From Dicyema japonicum (Eukaryota; Animalia; Dicyemida), in the NCBI GenBank assembly GCA_011109175.1, contig RDEW01000018.1, positions 1,112,372-1,176,371 of the forward strand: a stretch of 64,000 nt of DNA, written 5' to 3'. Below are positions 63,201 to 64,000 of this stretch, in pieces (the first letter of the stretch is position 1; each line of letters opens with the position of its first letter). The notes under the pieces are model-generated. The model made no database searches. It worked only from the letters and a program-made list of their open reading frames with translations, and was not told where the DNA came from. The position numbers were made by a program, and so were the translations under genes.

Positions 63201-63831
63201 CTTGTTAGCTTATTGCACACAAGGTGTCCAAAATTAGGGCAACGGGAACATTTAATACCGAATTTGTTCTTGTTTGCGTCATAGGTGAATAGCAAACTAC
63301 TAAATCAGACTGTCTACAAATATGTAAAGAACATTGTATGGCTCTCTTTACCGATTTGTTATCTTTACTGTTCCCTACTCTAATGAGTAGTGCAGTCTAT
63401 GCGAAGCTATAACTATTATGATTCTGTTAAAAAGGTTATTATTATTAAAGAAAGCTACTTACATTTTGAGTGGCCTAAAAACAGATAGCAGATGCTAAAA
63501 AATAAATGTAAATATTAAAAATGTATTGATTGTGAGAAACATATGACTTCGATTTAAATAAAATTATTTTCAATCAACATTGTGATCGAAAATTTATGAT
63601 GTATCTTTGTAGATTATTGCTGTGTAACGGTGGTTGAGAACTCAATTAGTATAGAAATCCGATCGATCAGACATCTGGGTTCCTCAATTTTGTAATTAAC
63701 AAACTAACAGCACGCTGAAAGAAAGTGATTTGAGTTATAAAATCGGCGTGGTTTCAGCAGCGGAAATATCATTTATTAATAAATGCTGTTTCGCCATCCA
63801 ATTGTATATTCTCTTGAGAGTAAAACTCAAA

Positions 63832-64000
63832 ATGATGTATTTAAAGAGAAAACGTTTCCTAGCAGTCATTTCAGTAGATATATCCGAAGTTTTAGCTCAG
63901 GTGAATTTATATTCTTCATCATCGTCTTCAAGATATACTCTATAGATACTTTGATCTACAAAACTACTGATACTTTGAAAGTGGTAAGCATTATATAGAG
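63832..64000 (+). CDS. GT31/B3GALT paralogue, 5' end (runs off the window)
   Basis: MMYLKRKRFLAVIS + 27-nt intron + TM, colinear with 56800-56962(-). Confidence 0.75.

Overview
Eukaryotic, AT-rich, animal-type genomic DNA from a compact-gene, TE-littered genome. Host genes have ultra-short (about 20-29 nt) GT-AG introns, which points to a dicyemid mesozoan or a similarly reduced parasite (inference; taxon not provable from sequence). Host genes I can read: OXR1/NCOA7-like (LysM-GRAM-TLDc), tektin-1, BRI3, an NK2.1/2.2-type homeobox, ATP synthase subunit g, long-form intersectin (EH-SH3x3-DH-PH-C2), RBBP6 (DWNN+RING), a divergent dUTPase, an EBP2 5' fragment, DDX27 split in two, a coiled-coil gene, a TCP11-like gene and three GT31/B3GALT-like loci. 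Much of the remainder is non-LTR retrotransposon debris (CRE/SLACS, I/Jockey, RTE and a microsporidian-type RLE element), a tRNA-derived SINE family, and Merlin and hAT-like remnants. The assembly is noisy: there are 1-nt indels in conserved genes, six two-copy 94-139 bp tandem duplications and a 520-N gap, so frameshifts are not proof of pseudogenisation. Most interesting: (1) DDX27 is cut into two oppositely oriented halves that overlap by an exact 29-bp pointer-like inverted repeat, so re-inverting about 1.45 kb restores the helicase (scrambled-gene hypothesis versus inversion or amplification artefact); (2) several host genes have a retroelement within about 60-160 bp of the ATG, separated only by an AT-rich spacer; (3) a microsporidian-type retrotransposon sits next to a Merlin remnant; (4) an intact, intronless 320-aa orphan ORF has a virus-like promoter; (5) intersectin carries tandem LIR-like W-x-x-L/V repeats. 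Boundaries of degraded elements are approximate.
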